From the NCBI GenBank assembly GCA_964633115.1, contig CAZWEO010000005.1, forward strand, positions 109-64,108: a stretch of DNA of 64,000 nt, read 5' to 3'. Numbering within the stretch: the first letter of the stretch is position 1; every line of letters begins with the position of its first letter. Origin of the DNA: an uncultured Desulfobacterales bacterium (GTDB lineage: Bacteria > Desulfobacterota > Desulfobacteria > Desulfobacterales > B30-G6). The position numbers and the translations under genes were made by a program. Positions 33,714-44,315 of this stretch are shown one piece after another. The notes below the pieces were generated by a model. The model had not been told where the DNA came from. It was given only the letters and a program-made list of their open reading frames with translations, and did not search any database.

Positions 33714-34140
33714 ACTCTCCCCGGCGGTTGGATCAAAGTCTAACCGCAAACGTTTGGGCCGCGGCGTCGGATCGGGTAGTGGAAAAACGGCCGGGCGTGG
33801 TACCAAAGGTTACAACAGTCGATCCGGCGGCGGTGTTCGGCCAGGTTATGAAGGCGGCCAGATGCCCATCCACCGAAGACTTCCCAAACGGGGCTTCACC
33901 AATATTTTTGCCAAGAAGATTGCGACTATTAATATACGCGATTTAAAATGTTTCGAGAGCGGCAGCGTTGTCGATGAAGCCGCTTTGGTAGGCCGTGGTT
34001 TGGTTAAAGGTGTTCGGGACGGCATCAAGCTCCTGGGTATTGGCGAGATTGACTACCCCTTGACGATTAAAGTCAACAATGCCAGCAGCAGCGCCAAGCA
34101 AAAAATTGAAGCTGCCGGCGGCAGTATCGAGGTCGTATAA
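33700..34140 (+). CDS. rplO: 50S ribosomal protein L15
   Basis: [37 protein letters not shown] at 33700 after GAGGAG. Confidence 0.98.
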   Translation: MKLNELSPAVGSKSNRKRLGRGVGSGSGKTAGRGTKGYNSRSGGGVRPGYEGGQMPIHRRLPKRGFTNIFAKKIATINIRDLKCFESGSVVDEAALVGRGLVKGVRDGIKLLGIGEIDYPLTIKVNNASSSAKQKIEAAGGSIEVV

Positions 34141-35450
34141 TGATTGGTAGCGGATTCCAGAATATTTTCAAGATTCCGGAGTTAAAAAAGCGGATAATCT
34201 ATACCCTGGCGCTGCTGACCGTTTACCGTATCGGCGTGCATGTGCCGACACCCGGTATCGATACCGTGGCCTTGGCTTCTTTTTTCGCCAAAGCTCAAGG
34301 AACCCTTCTGGGACTTTTCGATATGTTTTCCGGGGGTGCTTTGGAACGGCTTTCGGTGTTCGCCCTGGGTATTATGCCTTACATTAGTGCCTCAATTATT
34401 CTGCAATTACTCACCGTGGTGGTGCCACATTTGGAAAGGCTTTCCAAAGAAGGTGAGCAAGGGCGTAAGAAAATTACCCAATATACCCGCTATGGTACGG
34501 TGGTCTTAAGTATTATTCAGGGATTCGGCATCAGTGTCGGGCTCGAGAGCATGGCCTCTCCGGGTGGCGCACCGGTGGTTATCGATCCTGGTTGGGGTTT
34601 CCGTCTGATGACGGTTATCACCTTGACTTCTGGTACGGCCTTTATCATGTGGCTGGGAGAGCAGATAACCGAGCGTGGTATTGGCAACGGTATCTCCCTG
34701 ATCATTTTTGCCGGCATTGTGGCCCGCATGCCCAATGCTATCGGCAACACGTTTCGTTTGGTATCAACCGGCGAGATGAGCATTTTTGCTGTCCTGATTC
34801 TAGCGGTCTTGATGATTGCGGTTGTGGGTTTCATTATTTTTGTGGAGCAAGGTCAACGGCGCATTCCAGTTCAGTATGCCAAAAGAGTCGTCGGGCGGCG
34901 TATGTATGGTGGCCAGAGCACGCACCTGCCTTTGAAGGTCAATACCGCCGGGGTTATTCCGGCCATATTTGCATCTTCAATTATTATGTTTCCGGCGACC
35001 ATCGCCAGTTTCATTGCTATACCGTGGGTGCAGAGCATCGCCGACGCCATGCGACCCGGCAATTGGATTTACCAGGTTCTTTTCGTGGGATTCATCTTTT
35101 TCTTTTGCTATTTTTACACGGCCGTCACCTTTAATCCGGTGGATGTGGCCGATAATATGAAAAAGCACGGCGGATATATTCCGGGGATTCGACCGGGAAA
35201 ACGAACCGCCGATTATATCGACCGGGTTTTAACACGAATTACCTTGGGTGGCGCCATTTATGTTTCGGCTGTCTGTGTGCTGCCTTCGATTCTAATTTCA
35301 CGATTCAATGTGCCTTTCTATTTTGGCGGTACGGCGCTCTTAATTGTTGTCGGTGTGTCCATTGATACGATCTCTCAAATCGAATCCCACATGCTGACAC
35401 GCCATTATGAGGGCTTTTTGAAAAAGGGCGGGGTAAAGGGAAGACGCTAA
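34140..35450 (+). CDS. secY: Preprotein translocase subunit SecY
   Basis: [42 protein letters not shown]. Confidence 0.99.
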   Translation: MIGSGFQNIFKIPELKKRIIYTLALLTVYRIGVHVPTPGIDTVALASFFAKAQGTLLGLFDMFSGGALERLSVFALGIMPYISASIILQLLTVVVPHLERLSKEGEQGRKKITQYTRYGTVVLSIIQGFGISVGLESMASPGGAPVVIDPGWGFRLMTVITLTSGTAFIMWLGEQITERGIGNGISLIIFAGIVARMPNAIGNTFRLVSTGEMSIFAVLILAVLMIAVVGFIIFVEQGQRRIPVQYAKRVVGRRMYGGQSTHLPLKVNTAGVIPAIFASSIIMFPATIASFIAIPWVQSIADAMRPGNWIYQVLFVGFIFFFCYFYTAVTFNPVDVADNMKKHGGYIPGIRPGKRTADYIDRVLTRITLGGAIYVSAVCVLPSILISRFNVPFYFGGTALLIVVGVSIDTISQIESHMLTRHYEGFLKKGGVKGRR

Positions 35451-35489
35451 CGCGCAGGACCAACCATCTTAAAAGAAGGATGAGGCCAA

Positions 35490-35708
35490 ATGCCGAAGGA
35501 AGAGGCGATTAAAGTTGAGGGTGTTGTACTGGAGACATTGCCAAATGCAATGTTTAAGGTTGAACTTGAAAATAAACATCAGGTTCTAGCCCATATTTCG
35601 GGTAAAATGCGTATGCATTTTATAAAAATTTTACCGGGTGACACGGTTACGGTGGAGCTTTCGCCTTACGATCTGTCGCGGGGCAGGATAACATATCGCT
35701 CAAAATGA
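35490..35708 (+). CDS. infA: Translation initiation factor IF-1
   Basis: [31 protein letters not shown]. Confidence 0.99.
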   Translation: MPKEEAIKVEGVVLETLPNAMFKVELENKHQVLAHISGKMRMHFIKILPGDTVTVELSPYDLSRGRITYRSK

Positions 35709-35807
35709 TGTCGGTTAAGGCGGCTTTAAAAGTAGAGCAAACCGGATTGGGAAGCCGATGGTATCAGACAAGTGGATCAGACTGATTGAGAACAAGGAGA
35801 TGCACAC

Positions 35808-35921
35808 ATGAAAGTCAGGGCATCAGTAAAAAAAATGTGCAATAAATGTAAAATCATTCGTCGGAAAGGCGTTGTGCGCGTTATCTGTACGAATAAACGT
35901 CATAAACAGAGGCAAGGATAG
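35808..35921 (+). CDS. rpmJ: 50S ribosomal protein L36
   Basis: Not in the ORF track; translates to [37 protein letters not shown]. Confidence 0.98.
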   Translation: MKVRASVKKMCNKCKIIRRKGVVRVICTNKRHKQRQG

Positions 35922-35934
35922 AGGAGGATAGGCT

Positions 35935-36318
35935 TTGGCACGAATTGCTGGCGTAGATTTACCGAGAGGTAAACGAATAGAGATTGGCCTAACATATATT
36001 TACGGCATTGGCAGAACCATATCAAACCGGATCTTATCACAGCTTAAGATCAATCCGGATACCAAAACGGACAACCTGTCAGAGTCTGAAATCAATAATA
36101 TTCGTAAGGTCATCGACAGTGACTACCGGGTTGAAGGGACGCTCAGAACCGAAGTTTCTATGAACATCAAACGGCTCATGGACTTGGGTTGCTATCGCGG
36201 ACTTCGGCATCGCAGATCCTTGCCGGTTCGCGGCCAGCGGACCAGTACGAACGCGAGAACCCGTAAAGGACCCAAACGTTCCGCTATTAAGAAAAAGGGC
36301 GGTGTGAAAAAGAAATAA
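35935..36318 (+). CDS. rpsM: 30S ribosomal protein S13
   Basis: [37 protein letters not shown] start. Confidence 0.99.
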   Translation: MARIAGVDLPRGKRIEIGLTYIYGIGRTISNRILSQLKINPDTKTDNLSESEINNIRKVIDSDYRVEGTLRTEVSMNIKRLMDLGCYRGLRHRRSLPVRGQRTSTNARTRKGPKRSAIKKKGGVKKK

Positions 36319-36355
36319 ACGATCCGATTAGGACGAATAAACAGGAATTTTCCTT

Positions 36356-36742
36356 ATGCCGAGAAGAACTCGTACAAAAAAGAAAGAGAAGAAAAACATT
36401 CCCAGTGGTGTTGTGCACATACAGTCCACATTCAATAACACAATTGTCACGATTACAGACCCGGCCGGTAATGTGGTTGCCTGGTCCAGCGCCGGCGTTC
36501 AAGGCTTCAAGGGTTCGCGTAAAAGTACGCCTTTTGCAGCCCAATTGACAGCCGCCGATGCTGCCAAGAAAGCCATGGAACATGGTATGCGTAATGTGGA
36601 AGTGTATGTGAAAGGGCCCGGAGCAGGCAGAGAATCAGCGCTTCGTTCGCTGCAAGCCGCCGGGTTTAATGTTCTTCTGATAAAGGATGTCACCCCGATA
36701 CCCCATAATGGATGTCGGCCGCCCAAGAGACGCCGGGTGTAA
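36356..36742 (+). CDS. rpsK: 30S ribosomal protein S11
   Basis: [36 protein letters not shown]. Confidence 0.99.
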   Translation: MPRRTRTKKKEKKNIPSGVVHIQSTFNNTIVTITDPAGNVVAWSSAGVQGFKGSRKSTPFAAQLTAADAAKKAMEHGMRNVEVYVKGPGAGRESALRSLQAAGFNVLLIKDVTPIPHNGCRPPKRRRV

Positions 36743-36939
36743 TCGCTGGGGCCAGGCAGGCCATAGGTTACAGTCCTATAACCACAATAAAATCGTTGGT
36801 CGATTTTTTTAATAGACAAGGTTTTAAACAACTATTTGAATTCAGTCCAGGCTGTCAGATCATGAAGCGGGTTTAAGCCGAAGATCGCTTGTGGCTCTCA
36901 GTCGAGTCCCAGAGGGAATTCAAATTAAAGGAGGGAGAT

Positions 36940-37569
36940 TTGGCAAGATATCGCGGATCGGTCTGCAGAATATGCAGACGCGAAAACATGAAACTATTTC
37001 TTAAAGGTGACCGCTGTTATTCGGATAAATGCGCATTCGATAGACGCGCATATGCACCTGGCGACCACGGACAACGCCGGCGAGGTAAAACTTCGGATTA
37101 TGGGCTGCAACTGAGAGAAAAGCAAAAAGTCAAACGCATGTATGGTCTTTCCGAAAAACAGTTCCACATTTTTTTCAGCCGGGCAGACCATCAAAAAGGC
37201 ATCACTGGTACTAATCTGCTTGTGGGTTTGGAACGCCGGTTTGACAACGTTGTCTATCGTCTGGGTTTTGTAAATTCAAGAACTCAGGGACGCCATTTTG
37301 TGCTTCACAATCATTTTCTGGTAAACGGTAAAAAGGTCAATATTCCTTCGTATTTGCTAAGCGTTGGCGATGCTATCGAAGTCAGGGAAAAGAGCAGAAG
37401 CATTCAGGCCATATCGGATTCTTTGGATGCGGTTGTTCGCAGAGGAATTCCCCAGTGGCTTGATCTGGAAAAAGAAAACCTAAAAGGAATGGTAAAGGGA
37501 TTTCCAGTGCGTGAGGATATCACCATGCCCATACAGGAACAGCTTATTGTTGAGCTTTACTCCAAGTAA
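36940..37569 (+). CDS. rpsD: 30S ribosomal protein S4
   Basis: [45 protein letters not shown] at 36940 after GGAGGGAG. Confidence 0.98.
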   Translation: MARYRGSVCRICRRENMKLFLKGDRCYSDKCAFDRRAYAPGDHGQRRRGKTSDYGLQLREKQKVKRMYGLSEKQFHIFFSRADHQKGITGTNLLVGLERRFDNVVYRLGFVNSRTQGRHFVLHNHFLVNGKKVNIPSYLLSVGDAIEVREKSRSIQAISDSLDAVVRRGIPQWLDLEKENLKGMVKGFPVREDITMPIQEQLIVELYSK

Positions 37570-37689
37570 ATTTTCATGTCCCACCGGAAAAAAGCCCCAT
37601 AATTTGGGCACACGCTTGGCATGCTGCCGAGACTCCGTTAAAGGCCTGCATGAAAATTTAACCTATTCAAGATAACCTGGAGATAAACA

Positions 37690-38709
37690 ATGACTTCAAA
37701 TGACATTATGTTCATGAACTGGCAATCGCTAATAAAACCAAACAAGGTTGAAGTTAGCAGCACACCTTCGTATGGTAAATTTGTTTGCGAACCGCTTGAA
37801 AGGGGATTTGGCATAACTATCGGCAATTCCCTAAGGCGAATAATCCTTTCATCTTTGCATGGCGCCGCCATCGTTTCAGTTAAATTTGATTCGGTCATGC
37901 ACGAATTCACCACGATTCCTGGTGTATTGGAAGATATTTCCGAAATCATCCTCAATTTAAAAGAGGTACGGCTGCGCATGGACGGCACCAAATCCCGGAC
38001 CGTTGTCATTGAGGCCTCTGGTGAAGGACCTATTACTGCAGGTGACATCATTAGCGAGGATGGCAAGGTGGAGTTCTTAAACCCTGGTCATCATATCGCT
38101 ACCTTGTCCGAAAAAGGCGAATTGAAGATGTCCATGACCGTCAATATCGGCAAAGGGTATTCGCTGGCTGAAGCCAATAAAGATCCGGACGCACCCGTAG
38201 GTACCATTCCCATCGATGCGGTGTTTTCACCTGTCAAACGAGTGAATTATGTGGTCGGCAATGCGCGCGTGGGCCAGCGAACGGATTATGACAAGTTGAG
38301 CCTGGAAGTATGGACCGACGGCAGTGTTATTCCAGAGGATGCCGTGGCCTACGCGGCCAAGATTTTCAAGGAACAGATGACTATCTTTATCAATTTTGAT
38401 GAGGAGCTTGAACCCGCCCCAGATGAATCCTCTGAGGATCAGCAGAAGCCCAAATTCAATGAAAACCTCTATCGCAGCGTTGAAGAACTTGAGCTGTCGG
38501 TTCGCAGTGCCAATTGTCTTAAAAATGCAGAAATACTAAAAATTTATCAACTGGTGCAGAAGTCTGAGGCTGAAATGCTCAAGACCAAGAATTTTGGCCG
38601 CAAGTCTTTAAACGAAATCAAGGAAGTTTTAGCGGAAATGGGACTTTCTTTGGGAATGAAATTAGAAGGATTTGTTCCGCCTGCTGATGATGAAGAAGAA
38701 GGAGAATAG
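37690..38709 (+). CDS. rpoA: DNA-directed RNA polymerase subunit alpha
   Basis: [40 protein letters not shown]. Confidence 0.99.
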   Translation: MTSNDIMFMNWQSLIKPNKVEVSSTPSYGKFVCEPLERGFGITIGNSLRRIILSSLHGAAIVSVKFDSVMHEFTTIPGVLEDISEIILNLKEVRLRMDGTKSRTVVIEASGEGPITAGDIISEDGKVEFLNPGHHIATLSEKGELKMSMTVNIGKGYSLAEANKDPDAPVGTIPIDAVFSPVKRVNYVVGNARVGQRTDYDKLSLEVWTDGSVIPEDAVAYAAKIFKEQMTIFINFDEELEPAPDESSEDQQKPKFNENLYRSVEELELSVRSANCLKNAEILKIYQLVQKSEAEMLKTKNFGRKSLNEIKEVLAEMGLSLGMKLEGFVPPADDEEEGE

Positions 38710-38717
38710 GCAAACCA

Positions 38718-39380
38718 ATGAGACATCGTAAATCAGGCGTTAAATTAAATAGAACCAGCAGCCACAGAAAAGCCATGTTTCGCAATATGGTAACGTCTTT
38801 ACTCAAGCATGATCGCATTCAGACAACCGATGCCAAGGCCAAAGAACTGCGGCGTTGGGCCGATCATATTATTACCTTAGCCAAAAAAGGGGATCTACAT
38901 GCCCGCCGACAGGCCCTGGCGATTGTGCGCGAAAAGGCCGTGGTCCATAAGCTGTTTGAAGAGGCGCCCAAGCGTTTTGGATCGGTATCTGGTGGTTATA
39001 CCCGCGTAATAAAAGTAGGCCGTCGCCCCGGCGATGCTGCTCCGGTTTCCCTGATCGAACTGATCACGCCCGAAACCAAAAAGAAAAAAGCGACTAAAAA
39101 AACCAAAACCTCCGCCGCCCCAAAAGCCACACCCAAAAAGAAGGCTGAAAAGGTAGAAAAGGCTGAAGAAACCGCTAAAGAGGCGCAAGCCAAACCAGAA
39201 GCGGTGGTGGACGACGGGTCCAAGACCAGCGAGGCAGGGGATGCGGATCAAAAGCAAGAGGCCTCTGAAGAAGCTGCTCAGACAGCCGCACCTGCTGTGG
39301 TTGAACCGGAAACGCCAGTTGAGCCAGAAGCTTCCGAGGATGAGCCGCCTGCATCTGAGGCAGACGATAAAAAAGAATAA
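38718..39380 (+). CDS. rplQ: 50S ribosomal protein L17 with ~100-aa low-complexity C-terminal tail
   Basis: [38 protein letters not shown]; Lys-rich then acidic tail. Confidence 0.97.
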   Translation: MRHRKSGVKLNRTSSHRKAMFRNMVTSLLKHDRIQTTDAKAKELRRWADHIITLAKKGDLHARRQALAIVREKAVVHKLFEEAPKRFGSVSGGYTRVIKVGRRPGDAAPVSLIELITPETKKKKATKKTKTSAAPKATPKKKAEKVEKAEETAKEAQAKPEAVVDDGSKTSEAGDADQKQEASEEAAQTAAPAVVEPETPVEPEASEDEPPASEADDKKE

Positions 39381-39411
39381 AATCAACAACACGATATATT
39401 TGTTTTAAACC

Positions 39412-39440
39412 AAAGGCCCCGGCATTTGCCAGGGCCTTTT
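39412..39440 (+). terminator. Intrinsic terminator after rplQ
   Basis: AAAGGCCC-CGGCATTTGCCA-GGGCCTTTT. Confidence 0.8.
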
Positions 39441-39518
39441 CTAATTTAAAAAATAACGAATCCTAAAGAACAGTGGGGGCGTTTAATATTGTATTGCCAG
39501 GCCGCCTGCCTCTCCTCC

Positions 39519-39598
39519 GTCTTTCCCTCGGAAGAGGGAATCCAGACAAAGCTATTAGCTCAAGGCTTATTCTGGATCCCCGATTTCTCGGGGATGAC
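39519..39598. repeat. REP/dRS3-like palindromic doublet, copy 2
   Basis: GTCTTTCCCTCGGAAGAGGGAATCCAG ... CTGGATCCCCGATTTCTCGGGGATGAC: two oppositely oriented palindromes. Confidence 0.75.
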
Positions 39599-39793
39599 AA
39601 CCGAAGGCTGGGATGCCGTTGCGCTTAGAAGCTGTAACCCGTAACTCCTAGCCCGCAACTTGTAACGACTTCTGGCTTCTGATTGTTCGAATTTCGAAAT
39701 TCGGATTTAAGATTTCATAATCGTGTAAAGTATAACTTATGGGGTAAAATATGTGTCGCACCATCTAAGCTCGGAGATTTACTATTAATGACG

Positions 39794-40366
39794 TTATGAT
39801 GATGTGTTTTGGTGGTCTATATAGAGTATCCCATTCAGATGATCGATCTCATGTTCCAACAAGCCCGCCGAGCTTCTGGCGGCCACCAGTGTTTGTGGTC
39901 GGCAATCCAAGTCTAGATATTGGAGCCGAATATATTCGGATCGTTGGATCGTGCGGGTGGGATGATTGGGAAGCGAAAGACAGTATTCACGATTTTGATA
40001 GGATCCACTTTTTTCAACAACGGCGGGATTGACCAGCACCTTGAGCTCTCCATGCAGACCGCATACTGTCAAGCGTTTGGACACACCGATTTGGGGTGCT
40101 GATAATCCTCTGGGAAGGGATGCTTTCATAAAAAAATCGGGAAGGGCACGAACTTTTAAAGTGGTAATCATGCGGTCGGCCAATTGGCTAATACTGTCAT
40201 CGATAGTATCAATCGGCTGGGCGGATCGTCGTAGTACCGGATCCGGAAATTGGACCACCGGAAGCCGGCGGATTTTAGTCTGCGAAATTATCCAGACGGT
40301 CAATAGACCCGTGAGACCTGCGGCCCCCATCAATCCTGTTTTGATTATCTGTCGTCTAGACCACAT
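39794..40366 (-). CDS. def: Peptide deformylase-like protein with N-terminal twin-arginine-like/hydrophobic segment
   Basis: FPDPVLR, GLSAPQIG, EYCLSLP, HEIDHLNG; likely start is MWSRRQIIK at 40366. Confidence 0.85.
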   Translation of the reverse strand: MWSRRQIIKTGLMGAAGLTGLLTVWIISQTKIRRLPVVQFPDPVLRRSAQPIDTIDDSISQLADRMITTLKVRALPDFFMKASLPRGLSAPQIGVSKRLTVCGLHGELKVLVNPAVVEKSGSYQNREYCLSLPNHPTRTIQRSEYIRLQYLDLDCRPQTLVAARSSAGLLEHEIDHLNGILYIDHQNTSS

Positions 40367-40422
40367 AGCATATACAATAAAGAAAGCGACGCAGTCGCAT
40401 ACCATAAAAGCGTGTAGCGCTT

Positions 40423-40785
40423 TTATTCTTGCAGCCAAGCAATGGCTTCGGCTTTATCTCGGAAAACATTAATTCGGGTGAGATTATTATGGCGGAAGGC
40501 TTCATAAATCCGAGATACACCAAAGGCAAGATCCTCACTCACCAGCATGGCGACTCTGGAGGGACGATCATCGGCGACGGATGCATAGGCGGCGATATCG
40601 ATGATTTCGTGCTGAGAAAAGTTAAAATCGGCATCACGAAAATCCCATAGACGCGCAGTGTGCGAGTAACCGGAGGCATTGCGGGTTTTATCCAGGATAA
40701 GCTTGATATCATCCACGCTGGGATTACCTTTTATGCTCACCAACAGGATATCATCCTGTTCGCATATTTCATATGACATAGTCAT
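40423..40785 (-). CDS. STAS/SpoIIAA-like small protein
   Basis: 120 aa; LWDFR.A, RVAMLV....FG..R, VFRDK.EA.AWL pattern of the SpoIIAA-like (STAS/SEC14) family. Confidence 0.7.
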   Translation of the reverse strand: MTMSYEICEQDDILLVSIKGNPSVDDIKLILDKTRNASGYSHTARLWDFRDADFNFSQHEIIDIAAYASVADDRPSRVAMLVSEDLAFGVSRIYEAFRHNNLTRINVFRDKAEAIAWLQE

Positions 40786-40978
40786 CCGGACATGTTCCCA
40801 GCTAGCAAAGACCTGTAATTATAGCCTGAGCATTCAGTTGCCACGCAATTTTAAGCATTAAGCATGGATCCCTGGTTGTTCGCGGCTGCAAATCCTGCTG
40901 ATGAAAGCTGCCCATAAAATGGTGCCATTTTAAGAGCAATGGAAATCGCAACCGCGAAAACTAGCAATATTTTAAGAT

Positions 40979-41007
40979 ATTATGATTTTATTAACCGGGT
41001 TTGTCAA
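40979..41007 (-). promoter_or_regulatory. Putative sigma70 promoter toward the STAS/def genes
   Basis: Minus strand reads TTGACA-17 bp-CATAAT. Confidence 0.55.
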
Positions 41008-41031
41008 TAATTTCATGCCCTGATTTTATTC

Positions 41032-41060
41032 TTGACTATTGGCCCATGTAGCTGTAATTT
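41032..41060 (+). promoter_or_regulatory. Putative sigma70 promoter of the TRAP operon
   Basis: TTGACT-17 bp-TAATTT, divergent from the preceding promoter. Confidence 0.5.
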
Positions 41061-41140
41061 AGCTTCAAATCAGCTTTGGCGAATGAATGCAGTTTAGTCG
41101 GTAACTTTTGTAAATGACTCGTATCGAAAAGGAGGCACAG

Positions 41141-42217
41141 ATGATTAGAAAAAGATTATTAATCTTAACGGTTTCTCTGCTCAGTCTATGTTTTTTCTCA
41201 GGCGTGGCCTTTGCACAGCCGTCATTGGATGCCTGGAAGCCGGCGTTCGATCCATCAGGCGCCAAGTATCGCATTCTTGTTTCCAATGTATCCCATCCCG
41301 GCATAAAGGGAGTCTACACCGGTTTTGCCGTTCGAGATGAACTGTGGAAGCGTACCAATGGGCAGATGTTTCTGGACTACAAACCCTTTTCGATGCTAGG
41401 CGGTGAGGTGGAGGTTCTTAACCAACTGCAGATGGGGGCTATTCAGGGCATGGGTGTCAGCTCTGTTGCTGCAACCAATCTGGGTCCCCGTTTCGGCGTC
41501 ATCAACCTGCCGTTTTTGGTCAACACATTTGACAAATTGGACAAGTTTGTGTCCAACAAAAAGCTGTTTGATCATTTCATGATGTCCATGGAGCACCAGG
41601 GAATCACAGGGCTCGGCATTACCGGCTACGGTAGTTATGGTTGGGCAACGACTACGCCGGTCCGAACTCTCGCGGACGCCAAAAAAGTTAAATTCCGAAC
41701 AGCGGAAGCCATTGTTAACCAGATTCTCTATCGTGAATGGGGATTCAACCCCGTGGCCATGCCTTGGCCGGATGTGCCCGTGGCTTTGAAACAAGGCGTC
41801 ATCGAAGGGCTCGATCACACTGCTTTGGTTTGCAACCTCACCAAGAAATTTGAAATAGCTAAATATTATACATACATTAACTATGCCCAGGGGCTCTTTA
41901 TTTGGATTTTCAATAAAGCCTGGCTCAACGGTCTGCCCGCTGATCTGAGAGAAACCTTTATTGATGTGGTTCGCGATGTCTGCGCCGATATCAATAAGCA
42001 AAGTGAACAGCAGGAAAATGATCAAATTGCCAAGGCCAAAGCCGCGGGCATTGAATTTATCAGCCTGTCGGACGCAGCCATGAATGTGCTCCAGCGTAAA
42101 GGCAACGTTGCCCATGAAAAGATGGCCGGCGAGATCAACAAGCTCTATCCAACCGATACCTATCGACCAGCCAATTACTTAAAAGAAGTACAGGATTATA
42201 TGGGCTACAAACCCTAA
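41141..42217 (+). CDS. dctP: TRAP transporter substrate-binding protein DctP
   Basis: Signal peptide ending VAFA; LGGEVEVLNQLQMG, NLPFL, KFRT, NPVAMPWPDV..ALKQGVIEG. Confidence 0.92.
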   Translation: MIRKRLLILTVSLLSLCFFSGVAFAQPSLDAWKPAFDPSGAKYRILVSNVSHPGIKGVYTGFAVRDELWKRTNGQMFLDYKPFSMLGGEVEVLNQLQMGAIQGMGVSSVAATNLGPRFGVINLPFLVNTFDKLDKFVSNKKLFDHFMMSMEHQGITGLGITGYGSYGWATTTPVRTLADAKKVKFRTAEAIVNQILYREWGFNPVAMPWPDVPVALKQGVIEGLDHTALVCNLTKKFEIAKYYTYINYAQGLFIWIFNKAWLNGLPADLRETFIDVVRDVCADINKQSEQQENDQIAKAKAAGIEFISLSDAAMNVLQRKGNVAHEKMAGEINKLYPTDTYRPANYLKEVQDYMGYKP

Positions 42218-42237
42218 TCTCTAAAATTGCAAATATG

Positions 42238-42269
42238 AAAGGGGCTTCGGTTAAGCTGGGCCCCTTTTT
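42238..42269 (+). terminator. Hairpin/terminator after dctP
   Basis: AAAGGGGC...GCCCCTTTTT. Confidence 0.65.
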
Positions 42270-42335
42270 CTCTTGACGAGGTCGGGGGGGGGGTAAATAT
42301 TTGTATACGGCTAGCGCCCAAATAGAATCGAGGGA

Positions 42336-42842
42336 TTGGCGATGATTGAAATGATACTCGCAAAGATAGACAAAGTACTCAGTTTTTTTGAAGATTGGAC
42401 CCTATTCATAGCCGTCATGATTGCCCTGGTGGCCCTGTTTGTTAATGTGCTGTTGCGCTATGGATTTAACTATACCCTGGCATGGTCGGAAGAACTGGTG
42501 CGAGAGGTGATTATCTATACGACGCTCATCGGATGCAGCGCCGCCACCAAGCAGCGCAAGATGATCAAGATCGATGCTTCGGTGCAACTCCTGCCGAAAC
42601 TGAAGGTCCCTTTGAATTTTTTTAGCAACCTGGTGTCGCTCATATTTGCATCCTTTGTAATTTATTATGGGTGGCTCATGATGCTGCTTCAGTTCCGCAC
42701 GCATCAAAAGACCATCATCATGCAGATTCCACTATACTATCTTTACGCCATCTTGCCCCTAATGGGTGTCATGATGTTTATCCGAACCATAGAGGTTATT
42801 TACGAGGACGTCCTGGAACTGAAAGCCAAAGATTCCGCCTAG
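42336..42842 (+). CDS. dctQ: TRAP transporter small permease DctQ
   Basis: NVLLRYGFN...WSEEL; four TM segments. Confidence 0.92.
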   Translation: MAMIEMILAKIDKVLSFFEDWTLFIAVMIALVALFVNVLLRYGFNYTLAWSEELVREVIIYTTLIGCSAATKQRKMIKIDASVQLLPKLKVPLNFFSNLVSLIFASFVIYYGWLMMLLQFRTHQKTIIMQIPLYYLYAILPLMGVMMFIRTIEVIYEDVLELKAKDSA

Positions 42843-42949
42843 TCTAACCGCAGGTGAACCAAATGATAAAAAACCACAGACCACCACAATCAAAAGCGTG
42901 TGCGCTCATATTTTCTAATGGTGGGTTGTGCAGTGAGGAGAACCCTTGA

Positions 42950-44245
42950 ATGGAAACCAGTGACGTAATCATCCTTTGCATACTTCTGGGTTGCATGGCG
43001 ACCTATATTCCCGTATTCATGTGCCTCTTTTTCACGGCAGTGCTCGGTTTCGTCATTTTTACGGATCTACCGTTGCTGCTGCTGGCCCAAACCCTGTTTC
43101 GTTCCATGGATAACTTCGCCTTGGTGGTCGTGCTCTTTTTTATCCTCTGCGGTAACATTATGACGGCCGGGAGTATCGTTGAAAAACTGATAAAGGCTGC
43201 CAATACCATGGTGAGCTGGTTGCCAGGGGGTCTGGGCATGGCCGGTGTCATCGCCTGCGGCCTGTTCGGCGCCATATCGGGTTCAACTGTGGCTACCGTT
43301 GTGGCACTGGGTGGATTTATGATTCCGGCCTTGATCAAAAACGGCTACCCGGAAAAATACACCATGGGCTTGATGACCACATCGCCCAATCTAGGTGTCA
43401 TTATCCCACCCAGTATCGGCATGATTCTCTACAGCATGATCAGCAATGTAAGCCTGGAAGGCTTGTTTATGACCGGGTTTATTCCCGGGCTGCTTATCAT
43501 CATGGGCGTCTGCGGCTACACCTATCTGAAGTTCCGCAAGCGGACGGAAATAACCCGGATGCCGGTACCCACCTTCGGGGAAACCATAGCTGTGTTGAAA
43601 GAGTGCTTCTGGGCCCTGATGCTGCCCGTTATCATTTTCGGCGGTATTTTTTCAGGGGCATTCACGGCCAACGAAGCTGCTGTGGTTGCCAGCGTCTATG
43701 CCTTTGTCGTCGAGATATTCATTCATAAATCCATCAAATGGAATCAGGTCAAGGAAATAACGGTTTCATCTGCGGTCACTTCGGCATCACTCTTGATTAT
43801 CGTAGCCGGCGCCACCTGCTTTGGCCGCTTGTTGACCTTAGAGAGCATTCCCGGTCGAATCACCGAAACGGTTTTGGCTGCTATTCAATCACCCATGGTG
43901 TTTTTATTTGCCATGAACGCTTTACTCCTGATTGTTGGGATGTTCATGGATATTATTTCTGCCACAATGATTCTGGGACCCGTGTTCCTTCCCATGTTGG
44001 GTGCTTTTGACATTAATTGGATGCATTTCGGCCTCATCATGACCGTCAATCTAGCCATCGGATATTGCACACCGCCCATGGGCGTCAGCTTATATATCAC
44101 CGGTGCCATAGCCAACCGCAACCTGATATATGTATCCAAGGCTGTGATTCCATTTATCATTATCCAAATGATTGTTTTGGGTATTATCACCTACATGCCT
44201 GATTTAGTGCTTTGGATGCCCCGGTTTTTCGGCTATCTTGATTAA
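42950..44245 (+). CDS. dctM: TRAP transporter large permease DctM
   Basis: FGAISGSTVAT, IIPPSI, FTANEAAVV, TPPMG. Confidence 0.95.
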   Translation: METSDVIILCILLGCMATYIPVFMCLFFTAVLGFVIFTDLPLLLLAQTLFRSMDNFALVVVLFFILCGNIMTAGSIVEKLIKAANTMVSWLPGGLGMAGVIACGLFGAISGSTVATVVALGGFMIPALIKNGYPEKYTMGLMTTSPNLGVIIPPSIGMILYSMISNVSLEGLFMTGFIPGLLIIMGVCGYTYLKFRKRTEITRMPVPTFGETIAVLKECFWALMLPVIIFGGIFSGAFTANEAAVVASVYAFVVEIFIHKSIKWNQVKEITVSSAVTSASLLIIVAGATCFGRLLTLESIPGRITETVLAAIQSPMVFLFAMNALLLIVGMFMDIISATMILGPVFLPMLGAFDINWMHFGLIMTVNLAIGYCTPPMGVSLYITGAIANRNLIYVSKAVIPFIIIQMIVLGIITYMPDLVLWMPRFFGYLD

Positions 44246-44280
44246 GCGTTTTATATTTTTTTATGATTGCAGATCAATTC

Positions 44281-44315
44281 AATCAGCGACCATCTTTCAA
44301 AGGTGGTCGCTGATT
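44281..44315. terminator. Strong hairpin after dctM
   Basis: AATCAGCGACCATCTTT-C-AAAGGTGGTCGCTGATT. Confidence 0.65.

Noticed and set aside
13732..39392. Many 60-220-aa antisense or alternate-frame ORFs within rpoB, rpoC, tuf and ribosomal protein genes
   Set aside because: Expected shadows of strongly codon-biased genes; no recognisable motifs.
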